NCBI GenBank assembly: GCA_963719225.1
Contig: CAVRAY010000002.1
Coordinates: 807,797-871,796 of the forward strand
Length of the DNA: 64,000 bases
From: Thermoanaerobaculia bacterium
Lineage (GTDB): Bacteria; Acidobacteriota; Thermoanaerobaculia; UBA5066
Direction: 5' to 3'
The position numbers and the translations under genes were made by a program. The notes under the pieces were generated by a model. It made no database searches. It was not told the origin of the DNA and saw only the letters and a program-made list of their open reading frames with translations. Of this stretch, positions 23,206-32,835 are shown piece after piece; the stretch's first letter is position 1; each line of letters starts with the position of its first letter.

Positions 23206-24651
23206 ATGCTGATGACCGGCGAAGAGTATCTCGCGAGCATCCGCGACGGACGCCGCGTCTATATCGGCGGCGAGCCGGTCGAAGACGTGACGACCCATCC
23301 GGCATTTCGCAACGCGGCGCGCTCGTTCGCCATGATCTACGACCGCAAGCGCGCGCCCGAGAACCGCGACGTGATGACCTGCGAGGAGGACGGTGACACC
23401 TTCTCGACCTATTTCCTGCTGCCGCATACGCGCGAGGACCTGCAACGCCGGTTCGAGACGCATCGGCGCATCGCATCGTGGACCTACGGCCTCATCGGCC
23501 GCTCGCCCGACAATTTCCCGAGCTACGTGAGCGGGCTGGTCATGGACCCGGCGATGTTCGACCGCATCCGCGCGGGCTTCGGCGACAACATCAAGAACTA
23601 CTACCGCCATATGCGAAGAAACGACATCTTCGCCTCGCACACCGTGACCAATCCGCAAGGCTGGCGCCCGGCCAATCCGGCCGACAGCGCAAAGCGCACA
23701 CCGCCGACGCTACGGGTGGTCGCTGAGGACGACCGCGGCGTCACCATCAACGGCCTCAAGATGCTCGGCACCGCCTCGGTGTTCTGCCACGAGACCTGGT
23801 GCGGCAACCTGCAGCCGGTCGCGCCCGGGCAGGAGAAGGAATCGATCACCTGCGTCGTGCCGTTGAACGCGCCGGGCGTGAGCATGTGGTCGCGCAAGCC
23901 CTACGAGCGCTACGCAGTGAGCGAGTTCGACAACCCGCTGGCCGCGCGCTTCGACGAGAGCGACGCGGCCGTGCTGTTCGAGAACGTGAAGGTGCCGTGG
24001 GAGCGCGTGTTCTGCCACGACAACGTCGAGATGACGCGCGCCATCTACATGCTCACGCCCGGCCACGTCATGGCCAACCACCAGGCCAATGTGCGCTTCC
24101 TCGAAAAGCTCAAGCTGATCGTCGGGATCGCAAAAAAACTCGCCGACATGAACAATGTCGGCCACATCCCGGCGGTGCAGTTCACGCTCGGCCGGCTGGC
24201 GGCGATGCAGGCGACGCTGGAGGGGCTGATCATGGGCCAGATCGCCTGCGGCGAAGCGCAGGTGCCGGGCTATCACACCGTCAACCGCCGCTACGTTTAT
24301 GCCGCGCTGCATTGGTGCACCAACAGCTACGCCGACATCTGCGATACGGTGCGCGAGCTGATGGGCGCCGGCGTATTCCAGATGCCGGCCGACGTGACGG
24401 TGCTGCAGGACGCGAAGATGCGGGAGACGTTCGAGACCTATTGGTCGGTGCCGGGACAAACCGCGGCGGCGCGCATGAAGCTCACCAAGCTCGCCTGGGA
24501 CCTGCTCGGGTCCGACTTCGCCGGGCGGCACTCCCAATATGAGAAATTCTACGCCGGCCCGCCCTTCGTCATGAACGGCTACAGCTATCTCACCGGTCCG
24601 TGGCCGGAGTGGACCGCCGCGGTCGACGAGCTGCTGGCCAGCTACGAGTGA
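23206..24651 (+). CDS. HpaB-like flavin-dependent monooxygenase, oxygenase component
   Basis: Intact; [61 protein letters not shown]. Confidence 0.92.
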   Translation: MLMTGEEYLASIRDGRRVYIGGEPVEDVTTHPAFRNAARSFAMIYDRKRAPENRDVMTCEEDGDTFSTYFLLPHTREDLQRRFETHRRIASWTYGLIGRSPDNFPSYVSGLVMDPAMFDRIRAGFGDNIKNYYRHMRRNDIFASHTVTNPQGWRPANPADSAKRTPPTLRVVAEDDRGVTINGLKMLGTASVFCHETWCGNLQPVAPGQEKESITCVVPLNAPGVSMWSRKPYERYAVSEFDNPLAARFDESDAAVLFENVKVPWERVFCHDNVEMTRAIYMLTPGHVMANHQANVRFLEKLKLIVGIAKKLADMNNVGHIPAVQFTLGRLAAMQATLEGLIMGQIACGEAQVPGYHTVNRRYVYAALHWCTNSYADICDTVRELMGAGVFQMPADVTVLQDAKMRETFETYWSVPGQTAAARMKLTKLAWDLLGSDFAGRHSQYEKFYAGPPFVMNGYSYLTGPWPEWTAAVDELLASYE

Positions 24652-24691
24652 TGTCAGAATACACGGTTTCCGTTGATCTATTCATTGCTGT

Positions 24692-24767
24692 TCCGTTCGT
24701 TCCCGCGCAAGCGGGAACCCAGAGCCTACGAAAGAGCTGGGTCCCCGCGTTCGCGGGGACGAACGGA
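24692..24767. repeat. REP-like nested palindrome between convergent genes
   Basis: tccgttcgttcccgcgcaagcgggaaccca...tgggtccccgcgttcgcggggacgaacgga. Confidence 0.75.
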
Positions 24768-24798
24768 GGAACGGGCAAGCCGATCACCCGGATTAGCG

Positions 24799-25212
24799 TT
24801 ACGCCCCGGCGCTGCTGCGCAGGATGCCGATCGCATCGAGATCGGCCTGCTCGCGCGCGTCGGCTTCGGCGCGCTCGCGCACCTGGTCGCGCTCGTCGAG
24901 CAGCTCGACCTTCTTCATCTCCTCGAAGGCCTCGCCGAGCGCGGCCTTGGCGTCGTCGAGCTGGGCTTTGAGCTCGTCGGCCGAGCGCTTGAGGTTCTCG
25001 CGCCGCTGCATCGCCGCCTTGGCATAGGTCGGATAGGCGAAATGCGCCGGATCGTGGATGCCGGCGCGATCCTGCTCGGTCTTGATCTCGCGCTCGAGGT
25101 CGGCGGCCATGCGCTCGAACTCGGCGATCATGCCTTCGATCTGCGCGACCCGGCGCCGCTTCTCGTCGACCTGAAACTTTTTCAGCCGAATGAGCGTTTC
25201 GCGTGACTTCAT
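24799..25212 (-). CDS. fliJ: Flagellar export protein FliJ
   Basis: [31 protein letters not shown]; directly downstream of fliI. Confidence 0.9.
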   Translation of the reverse strand: MKSRETLIRLKKFQVDEKRRRVAQIEGMIAEFERMAADLEREIKTEQDRAGIHDPAHFAYPTYAKAAMQRRENLKRSADELKAQLDDAKAALGEAFEEMKKVELLDERDQVRERAEADAREQADLDAIGILRSSAGA

Positions 25213-25338
25213 CGACTCTTACTCCCCCGAAGCCGCGAGGTACCATGGACGACCGCCGTGAGCCGGACGCGCGCTCAGCGCCCCAAGGGCGGCAAGACCC
25301 AAGCGAAAGGCGAGTGTGGCTGCCACGAATCTTATTTT

Positions 25339-26672
25339 TCAGGTTTCCGCCCCTGCCCACGATTTGCTCAAGGTCGTTGATAGCGCTTGCTGAAGACTTG
25401 TGGCTTCTTCCTTGCCCTGGGCGAGGAACGCCTCCAGCGGCGGCGTGCAGGCGGATCGCCTCGTCCACCTCCGGGCTCGACCCCGGCCGGTAGGCGCCGA
25501 GCCGGATCAGTTCCTCCATGTCGGCATAGGTCGCCATCACCTGCCGCGCGCGGGTCGATGCACCGGCAAGATAGGCCGGGTCGGCGGCGCGCGGCATGGT
25601 CCGCGACACCGATTTGAGCACGTTGATGGCCGGATAGCGCCCGCGCTCGGCGATGGCGCGCTCCATCACGATGTGGCCGTCGAGGATGGCCCGCACCGCG
25701 TCGGCGACCGGCTCGTTGTGGTCGTCGCCATCGACCAGCACCGTGAAGATGCCGGTGATGGTGCCCTCGTCCGTGCCGGGGCCGGCCCGCTCCAGCAGGC
25801 GCGGCAACTCGGTGAACACGGTCGGCGTATAGCCCTTGGCGGTCGGCGGCTCGCCGGCCGCGAGGCCGATCTCGCGCTGCGCCACCGCAAAGCGCGTGAC
25901 CGAGTCCATCAGCACCAGCACGTCCTTGGCCGAGATCGCGGAAATATTCGGCGACGGCGAGCGTAAGGTAGCCGGCCTGCCGGCGCATCAGCGCCGGCTC
26001 GTCGGAGGTGGCAACCACCACCACCGAGCGCGCAAGGCCCGCCGCGCCCGAGGTCATCCTGCAGGAACTCCTGCACCTCGCGGCCGCGCTCGCCGATCAG
26101 CCCGATCACCGAAACGTCGGCCGCGACGTTGCGCGCCAGCATCGACAGCAGCACCGACTTGCCGACGCCGGAGCCGGCAGAAGATGCCCATGCGCTGGCC
26201 GCGGCAGCAGGTGAGGAAGGTGTTGAGCGCGCGCACGCCGAGATCGAGCGGGGCGCCGACGCGGCGGCGCGCATGCGCCGGCGGCGGCGGCACTGCGGAA
26301 CGGATAGGGCGATGGCGCCGGACGGCAGCGGCCCCTTGCCGTCGATCGGCTCGCCCATGGCGTTGACCACGCGGCCGAGCCAGGCCGGCGAGGGCCGCAC
26401 CGCGGCCGGCGCCGCCGTGACCACCGCGCGGCAGCCGCGCCGCACGCCTTCCAGCGGCGCAAACGGCATCAGCAGCGCGTTGGCCGCCGGAAAATCCCAC
26501 CACTTCGCATGGGATCGGCGGGCCGCGCCGGTCTCGATCACGACACGGGCGCCGACCGACATGGCGTGGATGCGGGCCGGCCACCTCGACCATGCAGCCC
26601 GCGCACGCCGACCACCCGGCCGTAGATCTCGACGCCGTCGAGTTCGTCGATCTGCTCGGCCAGAGCTTTCAT
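25339..26672 (-). CDS. fliI: Flagellar export ATPase FliI (frameshifted)
   Basis: [52 protein letters not shown]. Confidence 0.93.
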
Positions 26673-26722
26673 GCCACAGAGCCCTTCATGCGAATCTCCC
26701 GGGGCCGGTTCTCGGCCGCTTC

Positions 26723-26738
26723 TTAACCTCGTGTTTAC
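26723..26738. promoter_or_regulatory. Candidate CtrA box in the divergent fliI-ctrA intergenic region
   Basis: TTAA-cctcgtg-TTTAC; further TTAA half-sites at 26747 and 26956-26974. Confidence 0.5.
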
Positions 26739-27065
26739 CCGCGTCGTTAATCATTGCGTCACCGTCATTGGGACTTCGGCCGGCTCAGTCCTCGCCCAGG
26801 ACGGACGGGGTCGAGTCGTCCGAATCGGTTGCAGCCAACTCTTAAAGTTGAACATGAACGACAGCGTGGCCAAAAAACCACTCTCCGTGCAACATCTTAG
26901 GGCGATTCGGTCAGAATTTGCCCAGCGGATGCTTGCGCCGGGAATCAGGTTTTGTTAACCATGCCGGCGTTAATGTTCCGAATCGGTTTGTCCCAAGGCG
27001 TTTCCAGGGGCCGCCGCTGCGGCGTGCCGACCTTAAGCCCGCAGGCGGCGAGGAAGGGGACTGGC

Positions 27066-27769
27066 ATGCGCGTTTTGCTGATTGAGGACGATAGCGCCAC
27101 CGCTCAATCGATCGAGCTGATGCTGAAGTCCGAGAGCTTCAACGTCTACACCACCGATCTCGGCGAAGAGGGCGTCGATCTCGGCAAGCTCTACGACTAC
27201 GACATCATCCTGCTCGACCTGAATCTGCCGGACATGTCCGGCTTCGAGGTGCTGCGCACGCTGCGCGTCTCCAAGGTCAAGACGCCGATCCTGATCCTGT
27301 CCGGCCTGGCCGGCATCGAGGACAAGGTGCGGGGCCTCGGCTTCGGCGCCGACGACTACATGACCAAGCCGTTCCACAAGGACGAGCTGGTCGCGCGCAT
27401 CCACGCCATCGTGCGCCGCTCCAAGGGCCATGCGCAGTCGGTCATCAAGACCGGCGAGCTCGTCCGTCAATCTCGACACCAAGACGGTCGAGGTCGACGG
27501 CGCCCGCGTGCATCTGACCGGCAAGGAATACCAGATGCTGGAGCTCCTTTCGCTGCGCAAGGGCACGACGCTGACCAAGGAGATGTTCCTCAACCATCTC
27601 TACGGCGGCATGGACGAGCCGGAACTCAAGATCATCGACGTGTTCATCTGCAAGCTGCGCAAGAAGCTCGCGAACGCCTCGCAACGGCAAGAACTACATC
27701 GAGACGGTGTGGGGCCGCGGCTACGTGCTGCGCGAGCCGACCGAGGACGAGGCGCGCATTCCGGCGTAG
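27066..27769 (+). CDS. ctrA: Cell-cycle master response regulator CtrA (two indels, likely assembly errors)
   Basis: [73 protein letters not shown]. Confidence 0.97.
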
Positions 27770-27795
27770 GCCGAGGCGGATGCCGCGAGATACAA

Positions 27796-27828
27796 GGCCC
27801 CGCCCTTGCCGGCGGGGTTTTTGTTTTG
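27796..27828 (+). terminator. Intrinsic terminator of ctrA
   Basis: ccccgcc-cttgcc-ggcgggg followed by a T-run. Confidence 0.8.
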
Positions 27829-27918
27829 GACGATGGCCCACCGGCTTTTCAAGGCTCACGATCGCGTCTAGGCTGCGTCACAGCCCAGCAACGCCCAGAA
27901 TCGCGAGGGAGCTTCAAC

Positions 27919-28086
27919 ATGATCGCAACCCTGCTAGGCCTCATCGTTCTCGTGCTGGATATCTGGGCGATCGTGAAGGTCGTGCAAAGCGGCGCGTCGA
28001 CCGGGGCAAAAGTGCTCTGGGTTCTGCTGATACTGATTCTCCCGGTCGTCGGTTTGATCATTTGGTATTTGGCAGGACCAAAATAG
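27919..28086 (+). CDS. PLDc_N-domain small membrane protein
   Basis: [33 protein letters not shown]. Confidence 0.85.
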   Translation: MIATLLGLIVLVLDIWAIVKVVQSGASTGAKVLWVLLILILPVVGLIIWYLAGPK

Positions 28087-28089
28087 GCT

Positions 28090-28160
28090 GTAGGGTGGGC
28101 AAAGGCGCATGCCCCGATCGTGCGATATCGGGAGACCGGTGCGCGCCTTTGCCCACCATC
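28090..28160. repeat. GTAG-type REP doublet (left of RAYT)
   Basis: gtagggtgggcaaaggcgc...gcgcctttgcccaccatc. Confidence 0.85.
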
Positions 28161-28189
28161 TTCCGCAGCTTGCACCTCCTCCATCGCGA

Positions 28190-28713
28190 TCATTCCCCAA
28201 ATTCGCCACCCACTCCGCGCACATCGCCACCCCAGTCCACCGGCAACAATCCGCGTGCGACATAATGATGAAACGTGCTGTGCGGCCAATCGCATGCGCG
28301 CGACACGTAACCATGCTTGACCGGATTGAAGTGGATGTAATCGACGTGCCGCTGCAAGTCGAGATCGTTTCGAATGACATGTTCCCAATAACGGCGCTGC
28401 CAAATTCCTTTGTCGCGCTTGGCTATCTTGCTCATCGAACGGCGGGTGTTGCCGGCAAGCCCACGCGAGAACTCGCTCTTGATCAGGCTCCAGCGCAGCG
28501 GAAAATTGGCGTCGCCGGGCGGCAGCGACCACACCGCATGCAGATGATCCGGCAATATGCAGATCGCGATGGTTTCGAACGGATAGCGCCCTTGCGCAGA
28601 CCTGTAGGACAGGCGCAGACGCTCGATATGGCGGACCAAAAGATCGCTCGATCGATCCGCTAGCGGAAGAAATAGACGCCGCCATCGACCTTCGCGCGCA
28701 GATACCGCGGCAT
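28190..28713 (-). CDS. REP-associated tyrosine transposase (RAYT/TnpA-REP); N-terminus frameshifted
   Basis: HUH motif [30 protein letters not shown]; flanked by REP doublets; apparent ~7-bp loss after GGVYFF. Confidence 0.9.
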
Positions 28714-28737
28714 GACAGCGACGTTAACAACAACCCG

Positions 28738-28807
28738 GATGGTGGGCAAAGGCGCGCAACGACGTGCCAATTTTAGGTGTCTCGGCTTGCGCGTTTGCCC
28801 ACCCTAC
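28738..28807. repeat. GTAG-type REP doublet (right of RAYT), inverted relative to the left one
   Basis: gatggtgggcaaaggcgcgc...gcgcgtttgcccaccctac. Confidence 0.85.
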
Positions 28808-28810
28808 GCT

Positions 28811-28855
28811 TGCGGCGCGAGCCCCGCGAGGACAAGGCCAGGATTCCGCCGTAGG
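28811..28855 (+). repeat. Partial second copy of the ctrA 3' end
   Basis: tgcggcgcgagccccgcgaggacaaggccaggattccgccgtagg; 40/45 identical to 30342-30386 by manual alignment. Confidence 0.8.
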
Positions 28856-28971
28856 GCCGGGGCGACGGGCCCGACAGGTGGAAAGATTCGATCGGGAGCA
28901 GAATCGTTAATGCTCGAATAAAGATTTGCCTTGAGAATGAGCAGCCTGAAGGACCCCCGATCGTTTGCGCC

Positions 28972-30312
28972 ATGACATCACCCGATATTCAAGGTTTCAA
29001 CGCCCGGCTCGCGTTGCACGGCCTCGACGACGACTCGCGCGTCATTCTGCGCGAGAGCTGGCCGGCTATCGCACCGCACCTGCCGCAGGCGATTGACCAG
29101 ATTCTGACCGCCGTCGGCCACATGCCGACGCTCGCCGCCATCATCACCCAGCACCGGGAGGTCATCAGAGAGCTGGAAATGTCGCATTTCCGGGCACTGC
29201 TGGGCGGCAGCCTCGACAGCTCATATGCCGAGATGTGCCGCAAGACGGTCAAGGACGAAGCAGCCATGGGCTTCGATGCCCGCATGCGCTGCACCGCCGG
29301 AGGATACGTTTTCAGGGCGGCGGTCGCTGCTTTGGCGAACAAGCACCGGTTCTCGACCCAAAAGTTCGCGAAGCGCTGCGCCGTCATTTCGCAGGTCGTC
29401 ACCTTCGATGTTTCGAACGCGATGACATTGCACCGGGAAGCCGCCGAGCGGGCCGCCCAGGTCAGACGGCACGCGATCGACACGTCGATTACCGACTTCG
29501 CCGGCGCCATCGGCAAGGTGATGGAGGCAATCAACCAGACCACCGATTCGTTGAAGAATACATCGATCATGCTGCGGCAGGTCGCCGACGACACGCTGCG
29601 CCGCATGGCCTCGGCATCGTCGGCCTCGGCGGAGACCACCGAGCGCGTGCGCACGACGGTGGCGGCCACGGAAGAGCTTTCCGGATCGATTCTGGAGATA
29701 GGACGCCAGGCGGGCGACAGCCTCGAACGCGCCCAGGCCGCGGTTGCGGACGCGCATCGCACCCAGGAAGGCGTCCGGTCGCTGAACGACGCCGCCGAGC
29801 GCATCGGCTCTGTCGTCGGACTCATCTCGACGATCGCGTCGCAGACCAATCTTCTGGCGCTCAATGCGACGATCGAAGCGGCGCGCGCCGGCGAGGCGGG
29901 AAAAGGCTTTGCCGTGGTCGCTTCCGAAGTGAAGGCGCTCGCGCACCAGACGTCGCGCGCTACCGAAGAAATCGCCCAGCAGGTTTCCGCAATTCAGGAC
30001 GCGACCAAGCGGTCGGTCGACGAAATCTCCTCCATTGCGCATTCGATCGACACATTGGCCGCCGTCGCCCAGACCATAGCGACGGCGGTCCGGGAGCAAG
30101 GCGCCACCACCCGCGAAATCGCGGGAAGCGTCGTGGTTGCGGCCGACAACACCACCCAGGCATCGATCGAGATGCGCTCAGTCGAGGAAGCCGCCGGCCG
30201 CAGCGCGGCAGCGACCGCCGAGATCGCAGGATGGATCGAGCGGCTCTCGGAGGGGGCGGCCGATTTGGAGGCCAAGGTCTCCACGTTTTTCGCTCAGGTA
30301 CGCGCCGCCTGA
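28972..30312 (+). CDS. Soluble chemoreceptor with an N-terminal protoglobin-like domain
   Basis: Intact; [34 protein letters not shown]; HemAT-like N-terminus with no TM segment. Confidence 0.88.
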   Translation: MTSPDIQGFNARLALHGLDDDSRVILRESWPAIAPHLPQAIDQILTAVGHMPTLAAIITQHREVIRELEMSHFRALLGGSLDSSYAEMCRKTVKDEAAMGFDARMRCTAGGYVFRAAVAALANKHRFSTQKFAKRCAVISQVVTFDVSNAMTLHREAAERAAQVRRHAIDTSITDFAGAIGKVMEAINQTTDSLKNTSIMLRQVADDTLRRMASASSASAETTERVRTTVAATEELSGSILEIGRQAGDSLERAQAAVADAHRTQEGVRSLNDAAERIGSVVGLISTIASQTNLLALNATIEAARAGEAGKGFAVVASEVKALAHQTSRATEEIAQQVSAIQDATKRSVDEISSIAHSIDTLAAVAQTIATAVREQGATTREIAGSVVVAADNTTQASIEMRSVEEAAGRSAAATAEIAGWIERLSEGAADLEAKVSTFFAQVRAA

Positions 30313-30318
30313 CACCGC

Positions 30319-30386
30319 GACGGTGTGGGGCCGCGGCTACATGCTGCGCGAGCCGAGCGAGGACGAGGCCAGGATTCCGGCGTAGG
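30319..30386 (+). repeat. Third copy of the ctrA 3' end (68 bp)
   Basis: 63/68 identical to 27703-27770 by manual alignment; encodes [21 protein letters not shown]. Confidence 0.92.
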
Positions 30387-30434
30387 TCTCTCCCTGTCAT
30401 CGCCGGGCTTGACCGGCAGTCCATCGAGATACGA

Positions 30435-30465
30435 AACCCGCCCGAAATGGCGGGATTTTTTGTTT
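30435..30465 (+). terminator. Intrinsic terminator resembling the ctrA terminator
   Basis: cccgcc-cgaaat-ggcggg followed by attttttgttt. Confidence 0.75.
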
Positions 30466-30617
30466 CGGCACGATCGAAATCTCTCGCCCGATCAAGATAC
30501 TCACTCCCAAACAACAAATTTCGGCGGCGACAACTTGACCCAGGCCGTATTCCAGCAGCCACGGTTATGGTGCCGCGCCCTGCGAGGCAACCTGCAACAA
30601 GAAAGCGGACCCATGAC

Positions 30618-31562
30618 ATGGCCAAATACCGCAACGGCCTGCCGCAACTCGCCGACCGCGTGTTCCTGACCGACAGCGGGCTTGAGACCACGCTGATCTT
30701 CCGCGACGGCTACGAGCTCAACCAGTTCGCCGCTTTCGAGCTACTCAAGAGCGAGCGCGGGCGGCGCAGGCTCGACGACTATTTCCGCCAGCACGCCCGC
30801 ACCGCGGTCGACGCCGGGATGGGGTTCTTGCTCGAAGCCGCGACCTGGCGCAGCAATGCCGACTGGGGCGCTAAGCTCGGCTATTCGCCCGAGGCGCTCG
30901 CCGCGCTCAATCGCGAAGCCATCGCAATGCTGGTGGCGGTGCGCGATGAGCTTGAGACGCCCGGCTCGCCCATGCCGATCAGCGGCAATATCGGGCCGCT
31001 CGGCGACGGCTATGCGGCCGGAACGATGGGCGCGGCAGAAGCGCAGGCGCTGCACGCGCCGCAGGTGAATACCTTTGCCGAAACCGAGGCCGACATGGTC
31101 AGCGCCTTCACCATCACCAGCGCCAACGAGGCGGTCGGCGTGACGCGTGCGGCGATGGCGGCGAACATGCCGGTGGTCATTTCGTTCACGGTCGAGACCG
31201 ACGGCAAGCTGCCGACCCGCCAGCCGCTGAAGGACGCGATCGCCGAAGTCGATGCGGCAACCCGCAAGGCGCCGGCCTATTACATGATCAATTGCGCGCA
31301 TCCGACGCACTTCGAGCCGGTTCTGGAAACGGGCGAGGGCTGGGTGCAGCGCATCCGCGCCATTCGCGCCAACGCTTCCCGGCGCAGCCACGCCGAGCTG
31401 GATGAGGCCAAGGACCTCGACGATGGCAACCCGGTCGAACTCGGCCGGCAATACCGGGGGCTGCGCAACAAGTTCGGGCACATCAACGTGTTGGGCGGCT
31501 GCTGCGGCACCGACCATCGCCACGTCGCGCAGATTTGCTTTGCGTGCGGCGCGGTCGCTTGA
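30618..31562 (+). CDS. Homocysteine S-methyltransferase family protein
   Basis: LTDSGLETTL, GNIGP, INCAHP, GGCCGTDHRH. Confidence 0.9.
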   Translation: MAKYRNGLPQLADRVFLTDSGLETTLIFRDGYELNQFAAFELLKSERGRRRLDDYFRQHARTAVDAGMGFLLEAATWRSNADWGAKLGYSPEALAALNREAIAMLVAVRDELETPGSPMPISGNIGPLGDGYAAGTMGAAEAQALHAPQVNTFAETEADMVSAFTITSANEAVGVTRAAMAANMPVVISFTVETDGKLPTRQPLKDAIAEVDAATRKAPAYYMINCAHPTHFEPVLETGEGWVQRIRAIRANASRRSHAELDEAKDLDDGNPVELGRQYRGLRNKFGHINVLGGCCGTDHRHVAQICFACGAVA

Positions 31563-31643
31563 CCGCGAGAGCGCACCGCGCTGACCGGGGAGACCGTCCT
31601 CAACCGGCCCGATCACGGCCGCATGCGCCGCGACGCCGTGCGG

Positions 31644-32687
31644 TCATTTCCTGACCATACGCATCGGCGGCGCGCCCGGCGTGGGCGGTGCCGGCGAGAT
31701 CACGAAAGTGAGCCAAACGTTCCACCCTTCGGGACGGTTCTTGGCGCCGAACTCCTTGTAGCCCTTCAGGTTGACATAACCCTGAAGGTCGCCCATCGGA
31801 ATGACGTAGCCGACCTGCGGTCCGGCACCGAACACCTGCGAGTCGAAGCAGCCGACCAGGTCGCCTGCCCCGCTGTCGCACGAGAGCTGTTTGTAGACGT
31901 AGCCGACCAGGCCGACTTGCAGCTGCTTGGTCAAGAACTGCGACTGGGCCAAATCCAAGTGCATGTCGACGCCATTCTGGTATTGGGTGGACTTGTTCTC
32001 GAAATTGTAGGTGAAGCCGAGCACCCCCGAGAGTTCCTGTCCGGTCAGCGGATTGAAAAAGGTGTAGCCGGCTCCGGCGTCGACCGCGCCGTGGCCGATG
32101 CCGATATTGGCGAGGCGCGTTGCGTCGTACGCCCCGACCGGAATGTCGCCGGTAACATAGGTCATAATGTTGTGAACGCCGTTGTTCCAACGCAACGAAA
32201 ATTGCGGGAACAAATCGCCGAACCCGGTCACCGAGTTGCTGATGCTGTTGGAGCGTGAAAACGGGATGACAGCACCCCCGGGCAACGTCAATGCAGCGGA
32301 CAGCGTGCCCTCCAGCAATACGTTGTTACGACCATATACTCCCAACAGGCCGACGGCCGCCTGTCCGCCCAGGACCGGCGTTGCAAACACATAGGTCGAG
32401 ATGCTCAACGCGAGATCCGCTTGCGCTTTGGCGTTGAGATTGAGGTTGGCGGACAAGTTGACGGGAAGACGCCCGATCGAGAACTCGCGCGCGCGGGCGA
32501 CTTCAGCGCCGGCGGACACGGTCGTGTGATAGTAGATTGTCGCTTGTGTCCACCCTGGCTGTTGGGGAGCCGCCGCCAGGCTGCCGAATAGTCCGGGCAG
32601 CCACATGCTCACGCCGTCTTCGTCGGCCCAGGAATTGTGTGGAAATGAGAGTGCCACGGTGGCGACGACGCACCGCAACAGCACCAA
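31644..32687 (-). CDS. Exported beta-barrel-type transporter (phenol-MetA/SphA-like)
   Basis: ADEDGVSMWLPG, GFGD, PVGAYD, YQNG, GPQVGY. Confidence 0.75.
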   Translation of the reverse strand: MVLLRCVVATVALSFPHNSWADEDGVSMWLPGLFGSLAAAPQQPGWTQATIYYHTTVSAGAEVARAREFSIGRLPVNLSANLNLNAKAQADLALSISTYVFATPVLGGQAAVGLLGVYGRNNVLLEGTLSAALTLPGGAVIPFSRSNSISNSVTGFGDLFPQFSLRWNNGVHNIMTYVTGDIPVGAYDATRLANIGIGHGAVDAGAGYTFFNPLTGQELSGVLGFTYNFENKSTQYQNGVDMHLDLAQSQFLTKQLQVGLVGYVYKQLSCDSGAGDLVGCFDSQVFGAGPQVGYVIPMGDLQGYVNLKGYKEFGAKNRPEGWNVWLTFVISPAPPTPGAPPMRMVRK

Positions 32688-32835
32688 TGCCCTGGTCCGA
32701 ACTCATGCGCCCCCTCCCCATGAATCCCAAGCAGCCGCCCCGCGGCGGCGTGCGCCGTGGCACTCCACGCCCGCGGCTTCAAGCGCGCTTGATCCGGGAA
32801 GCTAGTCAATTGATTTTTTGGGACAGCCGGGAAGA

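Noticed and set aside
27066-27769. Frameshifts in ctrA (and fliI/che genes) as pseudogenisation or programmed frameshifting
   Set aside because: No slippery motifs, the protein sequence is otherwise fully conserved, and similar 1-bp insertions occur throughout the window; assembly error is the simpler explanation.
27703-30386. CRISPR array or DGR TR/VR pair as explanation for the ctrA-like repeats
   Set aside because: Spacing is 1.1-1.5 kb with genes between, there are no cas genes, and the mismatches are not adenine-specific.
30480-30617. SAM-II/SAM-SAH riboswitch upstream of the homocysteine methyltransferase
   Set aside because: Only cagccacg resembles SAM-alpha; the tgatttg and gctaaa elements are missing. 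An Rfam scan would settle it.
29235-31562. 775-aa fusion ORF ending in the methyltransferase, and other long antisense or shadow ORFs
   Set aside because: It overlaps the MCP in another frame and crosses a terminator; an artefact of stop-codon scarcity at high GC.
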